NCBI GenBank assembly: GCA_963796685.1
Contig: CAWCMR010000014.1
Location: 64,001-128,000 of the forward strand
Origin: an uncultured delta proteobacterium
GTDB taxonomy: Bacteria > Myxococcota_A > Polyangia > Fen-1088
DNA length: 64,000 bases
Direction of reading: 5' to 3'
Shown: positions 63,521-64,000 of the stretch, one piece after another
Numbering within the stretch: position 1 is the first letter of the stretch
Layout: each line of letters starts with the position of its first letter
Made by a program: the position numbers and the translations under genes
Notes under the pieces: generated by a model
Seen by the model: the letters and a program-made list of their open reading frames with translations, nothing else
The model's database searches: none
Told to the model about the DNA's origin: nothing

Positions 63521-64000
63521 CTAGCCGGACGAATCCACCCAGCCACCGTCGATGGCTTGCTGGCCGAGGCACGCGTATTCGACCGGGCCGCACGTGGCCT
63601 CGCAGCCTTGGGGGAGCTTCCCCGCCGTCGTGGGAAAGGGATCCTCGGTGTAGACGCTGGAAACGACCGAACCGCCAATCAGCGTTGCCCCGTCGAGGGT
63701 GTAATAGCAGGTCGCTTCGCCTCGCCGATCGCCCTCGGGCGAATCGGGAGGGAAGTAGACTTGAACATAATCGCTGCAACGCACGAGCCGGGCGGCATTC
63801 TGTCCGCAGCGCGCTGGCAGGTCGGCAAGCGTGACGGGACATCCGGAAGGATCGCCGAGCAGGTTTGCGCTTGCCTCGAGCTTGGTGTCCAGGAATTGGC
63901 AGGTCGAAGCCTGGGCTGCATCCGCAGCTTCCGCCGCGTCGGTCATCGCCATCGTGTCCATCCCGCCTTCATCCGGATGGTTGGCGTTTGTTCCCGAGTC
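63521..64000 (-). CDS. Cys-rich hypothetical protein (5' end probably outside window)
   Basis: DA-rich linker followed by a 7-Cys domain. Confidence 0.5.
   Translation of the reverse strand, partial: DSGTNANHPDEGGMDTMAMTDAAEAADAAQASTCQFLDTKLEASANLLGDPSGCPVTLADLPARCGQNAARLVRCSDYVQVYFPPDSPEGDRRGEATCYYTLDGATLIGGSVVSSVYTEDPFPTTAGKLPQGCEATCGPVEYACLGQQAIDGGWVDSSG

Overview
GC-rich (roughly two-thirds G+C) chromosomal window, most consistent with a Myxococcota/Polyangia-type bacterium (MYXO-CTERM tail, many Gly-rich-linker lipoproteins, TPR plus Cys-rich lipoprotein pairs) that also has anaerobe-type genes (single-chain PFOR, DPS-like ferritin, DapL). 1-34 kb is mostly housekeeping and signalling: APC permease, TauE, REC-EAL, PFOR, FIST plus hybrid kinase, DusB, a DUF4912-GH57-GlgA glycogen operon, three GT-C-like membrane proteins, an nSTAND-TM-HEAT protein, DpsL, an exported TldD and DapL. 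35-53.5 kb is an accessory island bracketed by two inverted copies of an ~80-bp promoter/leader. It holds three GH30 lipoproteins (one frameshifted), an EGF-repeat protein and a nest of mobile elements: an intact IS4 with a 10-bp TSD, a 3.4-kb four-gene TGT..ACA transposon (DDE transposase plus ExeA-like ATPase, 5-bp TSD) inserted in a tyrosine-recombinase remnant, and an IS1182-like remnant. The best candidate for an undescribed system is at 53.5-57.5 kb: a His1-brace LPMO-like MYXO-CTERM protein that overlaps a SCO-cytochrome c-YHS fusion gene and lies downstream of a flavin oxidoreductase. Several single-base frameshifts may be assembly errors. All family calls come from motif recognition by eye; no database search was run.
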